This document shows, one piece after another, positions 16,484 to 26,677 of a stretch of DNA of 63,323 bases; positions within the stretch are counted from its first letter, which is position 1, and each line of letters starts with the position of its first letter. The stretch is from a virus. Taxonomy: Duplodnaviria > Caudoviricetes. The notes under the pieces were generated by a model. The model made no database searches, was not told the origin of the DNA, and saw only the letters and a program-made list of their open reading frames with translations. The DNA lies in IMG/VR virus record IMGVR_UViG_3300023284_000199, positions 1 through 63,323 of that record, one strand, 5' to 3'. Both the position numbers and the translations under genes were made by a program.

Positions 16484-17455
16484 ATGGCTACAGTAACATT
16501 AGCGGAATCAGCAAAACTAGCTCAAGATACATTGGTTGCGGGTGTTATCGAAAACATCGTAACGGTTAACCATTTCTTTGAAGTTTTGCCTTTCGACGGA
16601 ATTGACGGTAACGCTCTAGCGTATAACCGTGAAAACGCTCTAGGTCCAGTTGCTACTACTGGTGTTGGTATTACGGACGGTACAATCGGTCCTGATGCAT
16701 CCGGTGGTGATAACCTTGCAGAACGTCAAGCTGCTAAAGACGCTGCTACGTTCACTCAGGTTACAAGCACACTGACGACAATCATGGGTGACGCGGAAGT
16801 TAACGGCTTGATTCAAGCTACACGTTCTAGTCACGGAAATGATCAAACGGCGGTTCAAATCGGTTCAAAAGCTAAGTCTGCTGGACGTAAGTACCAGGAT
16901 TTGCTTCTGAATGGTGACGGAGCTAACTTTGAGTTTACAGGTTTGCTTACGCTGTGCCCTGCCAGCCAAACGGTTGATACAGGTGTTAACGGTGGTCCTC
17001 TAACATTCGAAATGTTGGATGAACTTATGGATTTGGTTGTGGATAAAGATGGTCAAGTTGACTACTTCCTTATGCACGCTCGTACAATCCGTTCATACTT
17101 CAGTCTGCTTCGTGCATTGGGTGGAGCTTCAATCGGGGATGTTGTAGAACTTCCTAGTGGAACTCAGGTGCCGGGTTATCGTGGTGTTCCTCTGTTCCGT
17201 AATGACTACAATCCTATTAACCAAACTAAGGGTTCGGGATCGGCTCAAACTACAATCTTCGCCGGTACTCTGGATGACGGTTCACGTCACGTAGGTATAG
17301 CTGGTTTGACAGCCGAAAAAGCATCAGGTATTGCGGTGGTTGATGTTGGTGAGTCAGAGAAGAAAGACGAACGTATCTGGCGTGTAAAATGGTACTCAGG
17401 ACTGGCTCTATTCTCAGAACTTGGTATCGCTTGCGCTGACGGAGTAACTAACTAA
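16484..17455 (+). CDS. major capsid protein (YuA-like, HK97 fold)
   Basis: MATVTLAESAKLAQD.LVAGVIENI.TVN..F.VLPFD.I.GN.LAYNRE N-terminus; RVKWYSGLALFS C-terminus; strong SD. Confidence 0.93.
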   Translation: MATVTLAESAKLAQDTLVAGVIENIVTVNHFFEVLPFDGIDGNALAYNRENALGPVATTGVGITDGTIGPDASGGDNLAERQAAKDAATFTQVTSTLTTIMGDAEVNGLIQATRSSHGNDQTAVQIGSKAKSAGRKYQDLLLNGDGANFEFTGLLTLCPASQTVDTGVNGGPLTFEMLDELMDLVVDKDGQVDYFLMHARTIRSYFSLLRALGGASIGDVVELPSGTQVPGYRGVPLFRNDYNPINQTKGSGSAQTTIFAGTLDDGSRHVGIAGLTAEKASGIAVVDVGESEKKDERIWRVKWYSGLALFSELGIACADGVTN

Positions 17456-17463
17456 TTGAGTTT

Positions 17464-17494
17464 GGGGAGCTAGTCTCCCCTTTCTCTGCTTTTT
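17464..17494 (+). terminator. intrinsic terminator after MCP
   Basis: GGGGAG-CTAGT-CTCCCC followed by T-rich tail. Confidence 0.65.
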
Positions 17495-17515
17495 CTAACG
17501 AGAGGAAATGAAAAC

Positions 17516-18364
17516 ATGCCAGCCTATCTAGTCGAACTCCCAAGTCGCCCCGGTTTGAATAACATTGTACAAGGTCGTTCAATGGTTGTTTTTGCCGCTT
17601 CTTCTGCTGAAGCCTTAGCTGCTGCCGATGGTAAATTCGGACAAGACAGTAATGGTCTTTTTGCGAAAATTGCAACTGCTACTGAAATTGTTGCGGAAAC
17701 AGATTATGTGGACTATGTTCTTAAAGTTCAACTTTCTGATCCGGCTACACCTTTTACTATTGCTGCTGATATTCGTGCAAATGGTATTGTAGCTCTTGGT
17801 GCAGAAATTCAATGCTTGAAAACTCCTGCCATTAATGCCGGTGGTACTGGTTACACTGCTGCTGATGTACTTTTCCTTGATGAAGATGTTGCGGGCGACG
17901 CAAATCGTAAAACTTCTCTAACAGTTACCTCAGTTTCAGGTGGTGTTATTGATGGTATTGCGGCTCTTGATCCCGGTGATTGGAAAACACTTCCTGCTTC
18001 ACTAACTGGTGTTTCCCTAACGGGAGGTTCAGGTGGTGATGATGCTACTATGGATATGGTTGCTACAGTTAAAGGTGACATTGAACATCAAGCGGCTCAT
18101 GCGGTATCACTTCTTCTAGCCCTTGTCGCTACAGCCGGTGCAGCAATTGATATGGGTGCTTCGCCTCCCGTTCTAACAGTTTCAAGTGTTGCTGATGCTA
18201 TCGGTGATTACAAACTGATTGCAGAACTTGGTAGAAATAATGTACCTATTCCGTTGCTTCTAGGAACTGTAATTGATGAAGGTATTGCTGCTGCTGTTAC
18301 ATCAGTTGAAATTCCTGTAGCTCCGGTTATTCCGAATGTACTGCGTGTTGTTGGCCAAACTTAA
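17516..18364 (+). CDS. virion structural protein (candidate head decoration)
   Basis: Follows the MCP; MPAYLVELP..MVVFAAS..EA N-terminus; INAGGTGYTAAD tail/decoration motif. Confidence 0.7.
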   Translation: MPAYLVELPSRPGLNNIVQGRSMVVFAASSAEALAAADGKFGQDSNGLFAKIATATEIVAETDYVDYVLKVQLSDPATPFTIAADIRANGIVALGAEIQCLKTPAINAGGTGYTAADVLFLDEDVAGDANRKTSLTVTSVSGGVIDGIAALDPGDWKTLPASLTGVSLTGGSGGDDATMDMVATVKGDIEHQAAHAVSLLLALVATAGAAIDMGASPPVLTVSSVADAIGDYKLIAELGRNNVPIPLLLGTVIDEGIAAAVTSVEIPVAPVIPNVLRVVGQT

Positions 18365-18387
18365 AAGATTGTGCGTCCTGGCCAATT

Positions 18388-18428
18388 GGGGATTGATTGC
18401 CGAATGGGTGGCGGTCATCCCCTTTTTT
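18388..18428 (+). terminator. intrinsic terminator
   Basis: GGGGATTGATTGCC...GGCGGTCATCCCC followed by T6. Confidence 0.7.
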
Positions 18429-18459
18429 ATGTAAAATATAACTACAAAGGAGAGATGAC

Positions 18460-19092
18460 ATGTCCAATTCGATGACAATTACATTGGTACTAGCCGGTCA
18501 TTATGCCGGTGAGACTATGAAGATTAAGCGTCACCAGTTCGTTAATGGTGAAATGACGTTTACAGGTACGGGAGAACAAATCTTTGGAGTTGCCTTATAT
18601 TTGAAACGTTACAATGCGCATATGCAAGGTTCTCCTGAATTAGCAGATGCACAACGAGTTTATGCCGAAGAGATGGAGAAGAAACATGGCAAGCGTGATA
18701 CTGCGGGGAGTGATAAATCCGGGGAACAGCCTGTTGAAAGCAACGTTCAGTCGAGCGGGAGTGGGCCTACCGAAGTTCAAGCAAGTGCCAGGGACGGAGC
18801 AGTTGATCCCGAGGCCGGGAGTGAGGGGGTTCTTCCCAACGGGAGTGGACTTCAGGACTCCGGGGATGACGACGGATCGAATCAGGAGAGGCTAAGCAAT
18901 AATCTTCGTTTGGAGAAAATTATTCATAGTCTAAATCCTGATAATGATGATCACTGGACACAAGCGGGGAAACCTAGACTTACTGTCATAGAAGATGCGT
19001 TGGATGGAGATACGGGAATCACTAGAGCGGATATCGATAATGCGGCTCCTGGGTTTGATAGGGAAGCAGCTATAGTTAAAACGCTTGAATAG
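18460..19092 (+). CDS. hypothetical virion-module protein with low-complexity linker and C-terminal small helical domain
   Basis: AAGGAG SD; C-terminal LNPDNDDHWTQAGKP..ITRADIDNAAPGFDRE. Confidence 0.75.
   Translation: MSNSMTITLVLAGHYAGETMKIKRHQFVNGEMTFTGTGEQIFGVALYLKRYNAHMQGSPELADAQRVYAEEMEKKHGKRDTAGSDKSGEQPVESNVQSSGSGPTEVQASARDGAVDPEAGSEGVLPNGSGLQDSGDDDGSNQERLSNNLRLEKIIHSLNPDNDDHWTQAGKPRLTVIEDALDGDTGITRADIDNAAPGFDREAAIVKTLE
18686..18895 (+). CDS. candidate overprinted gene (69 aa, +1 frame)
   Basis: GGAG SD 7 nt before ATG 18686; covers the GC-rich linker of the 18460 gene. Confidence 0.45.
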   Translation: MASVILRGVINPGNSLLKATFSRAGVGLPKFKQVPGTEQLIPRPGVRGFFPTGVDFRTPGMTTDRIRRG

Positions 19093-19105
19093 GGAAGGGT
19101 GTTAA

Positions 19106-19729
19106 ATGGCGTTTGATAGTACAATTGGAGATGCGGCACAAAACGCTTATGTACCTGAAGCTACGGTTGATACACATCACATTGATCGTAATAATACGGC
19201 TTGGTTTGATTTCACGTCTCCTGAAAAACAAGCTGCTATTATTAGGGCTTCTGATTACGTTGATAAAAGATTTGGACGTAGGTTTAGAGGTGTACGTAGA
19301 TCATTCGATCAAGGTTTAGAATGGCCACGTATAGATGCGGTTGATGAAGATGGATACTCTTTTCCTGAATCTCCTAAACAATTGGAAAAAGCTATAGCTG
19401 AATATGCTCTTAGAGCGGCTTTATGTGGTACATTAGCTCCTGATCCACTATTACCTGTGCCTAAACAGAATTTGGAAAGTGGACAAACCGATAGAACACA
19501 AGAGCCTTCTGGTGAAATTACTAGAAAGCTTGAAAAAGTTGGTCCTATTCAAGAGGAAACATATTATCGCGCTCCATCACAAGCAGCTACGTCTAATCCT
19601 AGTGCAGGAGCTAGATCGGTACAATCTGGTTTAGTTAATGATTATGTTATACCTGAATATCCTGAAGCAGATATGTGGCTTGAAGAATTAATTGAATCTA
19701 GTAGTTCTATTAGGCTTGCAAGAGCTTAA
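19106..19729 (+). CDS. head-tail adaptor (DnaT-like domain)
   Basis: NAYV....D.HH.DR...W....KQAAIIRASDYVD..F.G.R....QGLEWPR..P.QLEKA.AEYALRA. Confidence 0.8.
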   Translation: MAFDSTIGDAAQNAYVPEATVDTHHIDRNNTAWFDFTSPEKQAAIIRASDYVDKRFGRRFRGVRRSFDQGLEWPRIDAVDEDGYSFPESPKQLEKAIAEYALRAALCGTLAPDPLLPVPKQNLESGQTDRTQEPSGEITRKLEKVGPIQEETYYRAPSQAATSNPSAGARSVQSGLVNDYVIPEYPEADMWLEELIESSSSIRLARA

Positions 19730-19781
19730 TAGGGAATGTATGATAAAGTTGTATACAGTTTTGAACCGGGAGAAAAAATAA

Positions 19782-22460
19782 ATGCCATTAGTTACAAGTC
19801 GTACACAACTAAACCAAGGTCTTGAATCAGTTGAATCTGTTACTTTTGGTGCCGGAACCGGTGCAGATATTAACATTACCGGTACGGGATTACCTTCTGT
19901 TGCAGTAGGTGAATTCTTTGAAATTCGCGGGCACCCCCTTGCCACAAATAACGGACTATACTCAGTTGTTACCGTAACTTCCGATACGGCTGACTATGAG
20001 TGTGATAAAGTTTCTGGTGCTGCTCCTGTTATTGATGCTGTTGAAGTTGCCACATGGCTTGGTGCTACCGGTACTGCCACTGAAAAAAGTGTTTTCTTCG
20101 ATACTGCTGCTCTACACATTTATCTTCTTGAACAAGGAAATGTGGATTCCGCTGGTGTTCTTGGACAAGCTATGTATTCATTCGCCATGCAGGAATGGAA
20201 AGATGACAGCTTTATCATAGCTAATGCTCCTTTCCCAATTCTTACAATTGATTCTGACGCTGGTAAGTACATTGTTGGTCAAGACTCTTCAGGTAACAAT
20301 AATGGTTGGAATTGGCAAGATGATACCGGGTTTAGTATTCGTACACGTAAACTTCTTAGAAATTCAGGTTGGGATGAAGTCGATTCTGCTGGTATTACTC
20401 TAAATCGTTATGTAGGTGTACAAACTTTGGGATTGTTTGAAGATGCCGTTAACGACACAGCTTATTTCCAATTTGGTGACGATACAACCGTTGACGATAC
20501 TATCGATTTTGATTTTTCTGGTCCTGTTAATGAAGCTGTACGTTTCTTTGAAAGACAAGCTGACGGATCAATTAATGGTGGAACAGGTATCGCTATTTCT
20601 ACTGATGGAAGAACTTTAACCCGTTCTGACGGTGGAAATTGGCGTACTGACGGTTACATTGTTGGTGGTACAATCGTTCTCCGTGATTCAGAAGATTCTA
20701 CAATGGATGGAAAGTGGAGACTTACTACTGTTGGGGCTGGTGTTGATGGTGTTGTAACAGGCGGTATTGCTGCTCAAGCTACTGTTACAGAAGGTTTTGA
20801 TTTTAATGATAACGGCGGTTCTGAAGATGTTCTAGATCGTAATGATGGAGGGTCGTTTATTGCTGATGGATGGGTTGTTGGTTCTAAAATTATTGTTACC
20901 GGTGCGGAAACTGCTGGAAATAACGGAACATATACGGTTCTTTCCCTAACAGCTACTACAATGAATGTGGTTACGGGTTCATTTGACGTTGCTGACACTC
21001 AAGATGATAATACAGCCGTTATAGGAATGTTTGATGATGCTCTTACTCCTGATATTACAGTTAATGGTGCTATTGACAACGATAACGCTTTCACTTTGAA
21101 AATTCGTGTTCGTGATGCTGATCCTAAAGGTAAAACGTTTGCACAAGCTAACATATCTTCAGCCGGTCGTACTGTTTTAAGTAACTTTTTGTACGCTTTC
21201 CCTCTTGCTAACAGTGCAGATATTAATATTGATGAAACTGATGCTAATATTGATACAAACACTCCTTATACAGGAATGACTATAACGTATTTCAGTACTG
21301 CCCAAGCTAGAGCAGGATTGGTTGGTGGTTCATTTAATTTTGGAATTATCATTGAAGGAAACGATGGTACAAACCAAGAAGTTTATGAATTCGTTCAACG
21401 TCAGTTGAGAAAAACTACTGATATTGATAATGATGGTGATGTTGCCATTGGTCGTGCTATGGATGGTATGATGCGTTTTGTTGGTGCCACTCTTGAAGTA
21501 GGATCACCTGATGGTGGATTGTCTTTCCCTCGTAATCCTGATGGTGGTGGCTCTGGTACATTTATTGATTCTTTGAATGCTACTTCTACTAATGATGTTG
21601 TATTTTATGATAATACAGGGGCAACTAGAACTTTCCCTGAAACTATTGCTGTAACATTGGATTTTAACCAAATTTTGATTGATGATGCGGCTGCTGAATT
21701 TGATCTTTTCTATGATCGTACAATTCGCACAAATCTTACAGATTTTGTTATTCAAACTGGTCCTGATAGAATTACTAGCGCGGGTACTAATCTTCCGAAC
21801 AATGCAGAATCAGGTGTTGGAAGTTACATGCGTGTAAGTGGTCTAACTGGTGGTGATGCTGCTATGAATGGTGTATACCAAATCACTGTTGAAACTACAC
21901 CAGGGGCAGATTGGACTGTTGTAAGATATGATGGTGCTGCTATTGTTGCTGTTTCTGCTTCTACGGTAGATATAGATCAAAATGTTGTGGATACTCCTGA
22001 CGCAATTATTGTTCATACTAATGTTAGTTTAACTGAAACTACAATTTCATTCACTGCACCAGACCTTATAGATGATTCAGGTAGCGGGTTCGGTATTTTT
22101 GCTGTGGGTGACTTTATTGAGGTCGAGGGTACAGCTTCTAATGATGGTATATTTGAAATTGATACGGTTGCTGCTGGTCAAATACAAACTATTGAACAAA
22201 CTATTGTAAACGAATCTGCTGGTGCTTCTATGACAATTACGAAAATTGTTTCTGGATTGGCTGATGTTGATGAAGTGTTCTCATATGATTTTGATGGTAA
22301 TGTTCAAGGTGGAAGAACAATTTCAACCACTACTTTTGTAAAAGCTAAAGCTGTTGGGTTCTCAAGTGCCCAATACATTCAAAGCGATATAGCTTCAATT
22401 GTTACTGGTACGCCTCTGACAATTCCTCTACAAGCACAAACCGAACGTAATACGGCTTAG
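19782..22460 (+). CDS. large virion structural protein
   Basis: 892 aa, acidic and G/T/D-rich; repeated (N)NG.Y.V..V motifs; located in neck region. Confidence 0.7.
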   Translation: MPLVTSRTQLNQGLESVESVTFGAGTGADINITGTGLPSVAVGEFFEIRGHPLATNNGLYSVVTVTSDTADYECDKVSGAAPVIDAVEVATWLGATGTATEKSVFFDTAALHIYLLEQGNVDSAGVLGQAMYSFAMQEWKDDSFIIANAPFPILTIDSDAGKYIVGQDSSGNNNGWNWQDDTGFSIRTRKLLRNSGWDEVDSAGITLNRYVGVQTLGLFEDAVNDTAYFQFGDDTTVDDTIDFDFSGPVNEAVRFFERQADGSINGGTGIAISTDGRTLTRSDGGNWRTDGYIVGGTIVLRDSEDSTMDGKWRLTTVGAGVDGVVTGGIAAQATVTEGFDFNDNGGSEDVLDRNDGGSFIADGWVVGSKIIVTGAETAGNNGTYTVLSLTATTMNVVTGSFDVADTQDDNTAVIGMFDDALTPDITVNGAIDNDNAFTLKIRVRDADPKGKTFAQANISSAGRTVLSNFLYAFPLANSADINIDETDANIDTNTPYTGMTITYFSTAQARAGLVGGSFNFGIIIEGNDGTNQEVYEFVQRQLRKTTDIDNDGDVAIGRAMDGMMRFVGATLEVGSPDGGLSFPRNPDGGGSGTFIDSLNATSTNDVVFYDNTGATRTFPETIAVTLDFNQILIDDAAAEFDLFYDRTIRTNLTDFVIQTGPDRITSAGTNLPNNAESGVGSYMRVSGLTGGDAAMNGVYQITVETTPGADWTVVRYDGAAIVAVSASTVDIDQNVVDTPDAIIVHTNVSLTETTISFTAPDLIDDSGSGFGIFAVGDFIEVEGTASNDGIFEIDTVAAGQIQTIEQTIVNESAGASMTITKIVSGLADVDEVFSYDFDGNVQGGRTISTTTFVKAKAVGFSSAQYIQSDIASIVTGTPLTIPLQAQTERNTA

Positions 22461-22484
22461 GAGTAGAACAAGGATGACATTAAT

Positions 22485-22901
22485 ATGTGGGGTGTGTGTT
22501 TAGAATATGATAGTAGAGAGCAATTTAGACGTGCTTGGGGATATATAGTACAAGAGTGTTACATACCTAATGCTTGGGAACGAAACACTGCTGAAGGAAT
22601 GGATTATTATTTATGGGAAGACTGGCATTTTAATGCTAGTGTACACAATCTTCCTGATCCTATAATAGTTCTTTCACCTGAAGACGGTTCGAAAATTCAA
22701 GGAAAAGAATCTCTTTATACATTTGAGCATCCTGAAGATGCTGTGTATTTTTTTGGCTCTGATACACGAGATTTACATCACGAACATTTAGAAGGTAGAG
22801 AATATAAGACGGTGTATATCCCGAATAGTGGGTTTATGCATAGTTTTACCGCTGCTGCTATGGTAATCTATGATCGTAAATTAAAGATGGGAATTAACTA
22901 A
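22485..22901 (+). CDS. SPOUT (TrmH/SpoU-like) methyltransferase-fold protein
   Basis: SLYTFEHPEDAVYFFGSD...TVYIP...MHSFTAAAMVIYDR resembles SPOUT motifs II and III. Confidence 0.6.
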   Translation: MWGVCLEYDSREQFRRAWGYIVQECYIPNAWERNTAEGMDYYLWEDWHFNASVHNLPDPIIVLSPEDGSKIQGKESLYTFEHPEDAVYFFGSDTRDLHHEHLEGREYKTVYIPNSGFMHSFTAAAMVIYDRKLKMGIN

Positions 22902-25231
22902 TGGCTATAGTTGACGGTCGTACACTTTTAGATAATGCCAACGCCATTACAAATTGGGGGTCTTATCCTGCCGATGCCACTAATCCTAACTCTGATAGTG
23001 ATACACTTAAATTTGGTACAGCGTCAGTAGCTTTTACTGCTGATAACACTTCAGGTGGTGAAGGTATTTTCTTTGATGATGGTGCAGATAGAGACTGGAC
23101 TGATGACATTGTTTATATGTGGGTTAACATCGCTAATCCGGGGTTGATGGAAACTAAAGCTAATGGAGGTATTCGTATACGAGTTGCTAATAATGCAGGG
23201 TTAACTAATTTTGTTGAAAGAAATTTTGAAGGTTCGGATACATATTCCGGTGGTTGGAAAATGTTTGTCATTGATATGAATGATGTATTTAACCAAGCAG
23301 ATGCTACAGGAGGTACACCACCGGTTATTACTGCGGCTAGGTATATTGGCGTTGTTTGTGATCTTATTACCGGTGCCATGCCTAAGATGCAGGATAATAT
23401 ATTCATCGATTCTTTATGGAGATTGCAAAAAGGTGTTCCCGGTATTCGTGTTGAATCTGATAATGGAGGTTCACCTTGGACTTGGGATGATATACGTGAT
23501 GCTGGTGACGAGTTTGATACTACAAAAGCTTGGGGTCACGTAATAGAAAATCAAGGACAAATTATTTTGTTTTCATCCATAGAATTTGGTGACGCAGCAG
23601 GAACTACCAGTACTGATTTTGATGATTTTACAGGAGCTAAGATTGTATTTGGAGAAGGATCAAACCCATTACCTAATGATATATATGAAATTACCGTGGT
23701 AGGAAATGCTACAGGGACTTGTGACATTAAATTCGGCTCTGTTGTGGGTTCTGGTGCAGATAGACAAGGATTGTTGGGGGGTTCTATATCAACAACAGGA
23801 CCATTATTTACTATTGATGCTGAAACTGATATTGCTGATGTAGATACTGTAAATCTTTATGGAATTAGTATTACAGGAGCAGGAATATGTCAGTTTAGTG
23901 GGTCAACAAAAACAGATTTAATTAGTGTTGTGTTTACTGATTGTGGAGAAATTCAACCAAACGATTCTGAGTGCATAAATTGTTTCCTTATCGCTCCTAA
24001 AGATCGTGGAATGGAAATGTTAGCTACTAATAATATACAAGGGCTTACTTGTATTGCTGGTAGTGATGATGTAAATATTACTCTACTAGGTTCAAGAACA
24101 GATTACACTAATGCGGCACCGGGAGCTAGTACAGATACTTTTACTCATACTGTTACAGCAGGTACAGATGCTTTAGTTGTTGTCTATGGGGGTGAAGGTA
24201 CTGTTAACGTTTCTATAGATTTAGATGGAAATCCTTTTCAAGAAATAATTCAAGGTCAAATTGGTGGAGTGATTACCACAGGAATGTTTGTTCTATTTAA
24301 TCCACCAGTGGTTACGAGTGGTACTATTACAATCTCCTATGGTTCCACACCTTTAAATTTAGGTGCCAGTGCATTCAATCTTGATAATGTTTCTAACATA
24401 GTGCCTGTTAACGATTCAGCGAGAGTTGGAACTGATGTTGGCACAAATCCTGCAAGCGGTACAACAATAAGTCATGAAGTACCTATGGCTGATGCTAATT
24501 CTTATGTTATAGGATTTATCTATGATAACGATTCAACAGTTACTTATGCAGTAACGGGAGGGGCTGATCAAACTGAGGTAGTTGAAACAGCAATCGGTTC
24601 TGAAGCGAAAATTGTTGTGGGAACACTTGAGGTTGGAGTATCAGGAGATATATCTTGGGATACTACCGGAGCAATGACAGGAAGTTTTGGGTTAATAGCT
24701 GTAGAATTTCTTCCATCTTCTGCTGAACATCATATTCATCATAATAATGTAGGAGACGCTTCTATAACTTACACAAATATGGAATTCTTCGGATTTGGTG
24801 CTGCTGGTGGACCTAAATGGCATGGTGAAAACAGTCAATCTGGTGCAGATATAGATATTAGTGCTACAGGTACATCTGATCCGACTGCTAACGAATTTGA
24901 AAACACTGGTGAACCTATATTTGGAACGGTCGTAGTTACTAACAATACTCAAGTTACTTTTGATAAAATGAAAGATAATTCAGAAGTTAGAGTATTCAAT
25001 AATTCAACAGGTGTAGAGATAGCTGGAATTGAAAATGCTACTGCCGGTTCTCCTGAAGATCGTAATTTTGCTTGGACGGCTGCTGCGGCTCTAACTGTTG
25101 ATTATGTTATTCATAATTTCTTAGGTACTGATGATGAAAACTTTGAAACTATTAGAGTCAATGGATTTATTGTACCTAATGATGATGTTACAATTGACAT
25201 TCAGCAAAGACTTGATCGGAATGTCGAATAA
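22901..25231 (+). CDS. large virion structural protein
   Basis: 776 aa, beta-rich and acidic; C-terminal SEVRVFN..TG.EIAGIE..IQQRLDRN. Confidence 0.7.
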   Translation: MAIVDGRTLLDNANAITNWGSYPADATNPNSDSDTLKFGTASVAFTADNTSGGEGIFFDDGADRDWTDDIVYMWVNIANPGLMETKANGGIRIRVANNAGLTNFVERNFEGSDTYSGGWKMFVIDMNDVFNQADATGGTPPVITAARYIGVVCDLITGAMPKMQDNIFIDSLWRLQKGVPGIRVESDNGGSPWTWDDIRDAGDEFDTTKAWGHVIENQGQIILFSSIEFGDAAGTTSTDFDDFTGAKIVFGEGSNPLPNDIYEITVVGNATGTCDIKFGSVVGSGADRQGLLGGSISTTGPLFTIDAETDIADVDTVNLYGISITGAGICQFSGSTKTDLISVVFTDCGEIQPNDSECINCFLIAPKDRGMEMLATNNIQGLTCIAGSDDVNITLLGSRTDYTNAAPGASTDTFTHTVTAGTDALVVVYGGEGTVNVSIDLDGNPFQEIIQGQIGGVITTGMFVLFNPPVVTSGTITISYGSTPLNLGASAFNLDNVSNIVPVNDSARVGTDVGTNPASGTTISHEVPMADANSYVIGFIYDNDSTVTYAVTGGADQTEVVETAIGSEAKIVVGTLEVGVSGDISWDTTGAMTGSFGLIAVEFLPSSAEHHIHHNNVGDASITYTNMEFFGFGAAGGPKWHGENSQSGADIDISATGTSDPTANEFENTGEPIFGTVVVTNNTQVTFDKMKDNSEVRVFNNSTGVEIAGIENATAGSPEDRNFAWTAAAALTVDYVIHNFLGTDDENFETIRVNGFIVPNDDVTIDIQQRLDRNVE

Positions 25232-25764
25232 TGGCTACTTTTGATGGTGTGAATCTTGTTATAACTTTAGACTCTGGTGTAACGAATGTAGACGTTGGGG
25301 CAGATATATACACGCCTTGGAAAACGTTTTTATTGGCAGACCCTTTAAACAGACGATTTCCTCCTGCGTTTAGGTCTATTGCTGGTGATGATTTAACTCC
25401 TGGATTGGTTGCTGCACCATACTATTTTCTTCGTAATGATTTAGGTTGGCGTATACGTCCACCAGAAGAAGATATAACTATAAACTTGACTGATAATTTA
25501 CTAGGAGAAGATTCTACGCTTCCTGTAGCGATTCCTACTGTTGGTGGCTTTACTGCATTAATTTTAGGGATTCAACCGGTTACGCAAGGACTAGGCCCAA
25601 TTAATGCTAAGTTGGCTATTATTGAACAAGCTTTGGTGGGAGATACTGTAATTACAGGAACAGACCCTTTTACAATTACTATATATACTGACGCTACAAG
25701 AACAGTTATTTCATCACAGATAACTGTTACACAAGACGGACTAGACAAGATAAGGGTGGTATAA
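25231..25764 (+). CDS. virion structural protein
   Basis: TFDG.N.VITL..DIY..WK..F.PAFRSIAGD..PYYFLRNDLGWRIRP. Confidence 0.7.
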   Translation: MATFDGVNLVITLDSGVTNVDVGADIYTPWKTFLLADPLNRRFPPAFRSIAGDDLTPGLVAAPYYFLRNDLGWRIRPPEEDITINLTDNLLGEDSTLPVAIPTVGGFTALILGIQPVTQGLGPINAKLAIIEQALVGDTVITGTDPFTITIYTDATRTVISSQITVTQDGLDKIRVV

Positions 25765-25949
25765 TGGGTGTACCTAGTTTATTTCCACTTTTTATGAAAG
25801 GTGGCGGAAGTAATATATTTGTGCAAGAATTAGTATTGGAGCTTGATGCAATGCCGGATATTGAAGTAGACACAACACCTGTAGAGGTTACAGTAGATTT
25901 AACTGTGGAGGTTACAACAGAGCCAACAGTAGAGGTAGAGGTAAGTTAA
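25764..25949 (+). CDS. small acidic V/E/T-rich protein
   Basis: 61 aa; TAATG coupling on both sides. Confidence 0.6.
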   Translation: MGVPSLFPLFMKGGGSNIFVQELVLELDAMPDIEVDTTPVEVTVDLTVEVTTEPTVEVEVS

Positions 25950-26308
25950 TGGCAGCTATAGATCAAACAAATGACACAACTAAAGATATCTGTTGGGCTA
26001 GAGGTGATTCTGGTGCCCGAGGATTTCAGCTTAAAGATTCTGCTGGCGTGGTTATAGACATAACAGGATTTGGATTTATTTTAACTGTTAACTCAGAAAA
26101 AGACCCCACAACCAACCCTCCTGAGTTTACTATTACAGGTGTGATTACGGATGCTTTAAATGGTAGAGTAAGTTTTTCACCCACAACAGGTGATACGGAT
26201 ATAGTTGCAACCGGTTATTTTTATGATATTCAACAAACAGACGGCGGGGGAGCAATTGATACTCTAATCAAGGGCAAATGTAAAATCATAATGGATATCA
26301 CAAAATAA
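25949..26308 (+). CDS. BppU N-terminal-like structural protein
   Basis: RGDS..LKD..G..IDITG..DALNGRVSF..DT..YFYDIQ..TLIKG. Confidence 0.65.
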   Translation: MAAIDQTNDTTKDICWARGDSGARGFQLKDSAGVVIDITGFGFILTVNSEKDPTTNPPEFTITGVITDALNGRVSFSPTTGDTDIVATGYFYDIQQTDGGGAIDTLIKGKCKIIMDITK

Positions 26309-26676
26309 TGGTAGATTATGTTAAACTAGCTGCAACTGCTGAAAGGCTTATAACTAAGAATGGTAGAGCTGTTACGCTTACTAAATTGGATCGTGTTGCG
26401 GCTGATCCGACTAAACCTTGGCTTGGTGGAGGTACAGCAACGGATACTGTCACGGCTACTGCTGTGGTATTTCCTATTGCGTTTGAAGACACAGATGGAA
26501 ACAACATTAGACGCGGAGACGCTGAAGCTTTTATATCGCATACGGAAAATCCCACAAAAAACCTAGACGATTATGATAAATTGACTACAAATGAAAGAGT
26601 ATGGGAAATAGTTAACCTAAATTTGTTGAATCCTGGCGGAACTAGGTTAATGTACCATGCCCATCTAAGGAGATAA
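26308..26676 (+). CDS. head closure / head-tail joining protein
   Basis: DY.KLAATA.RLI.KNGR.VTL..DP.KPW..IRRGD..L.PGG..LMY..HLRR. Confidence 0.75.
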   Translation: MVDYVKLAATAERLITKNGRAVTLTKLDRVAADPTKPWLGGGTATDTVTATAVVFPIAFEDTDGNNIRRGDAEAFISHTENPTKNLDDYDKLTTNERVWEIVNLNLLNPGGTRLMYHAHLRR

Positions 26677-26677
26677 C

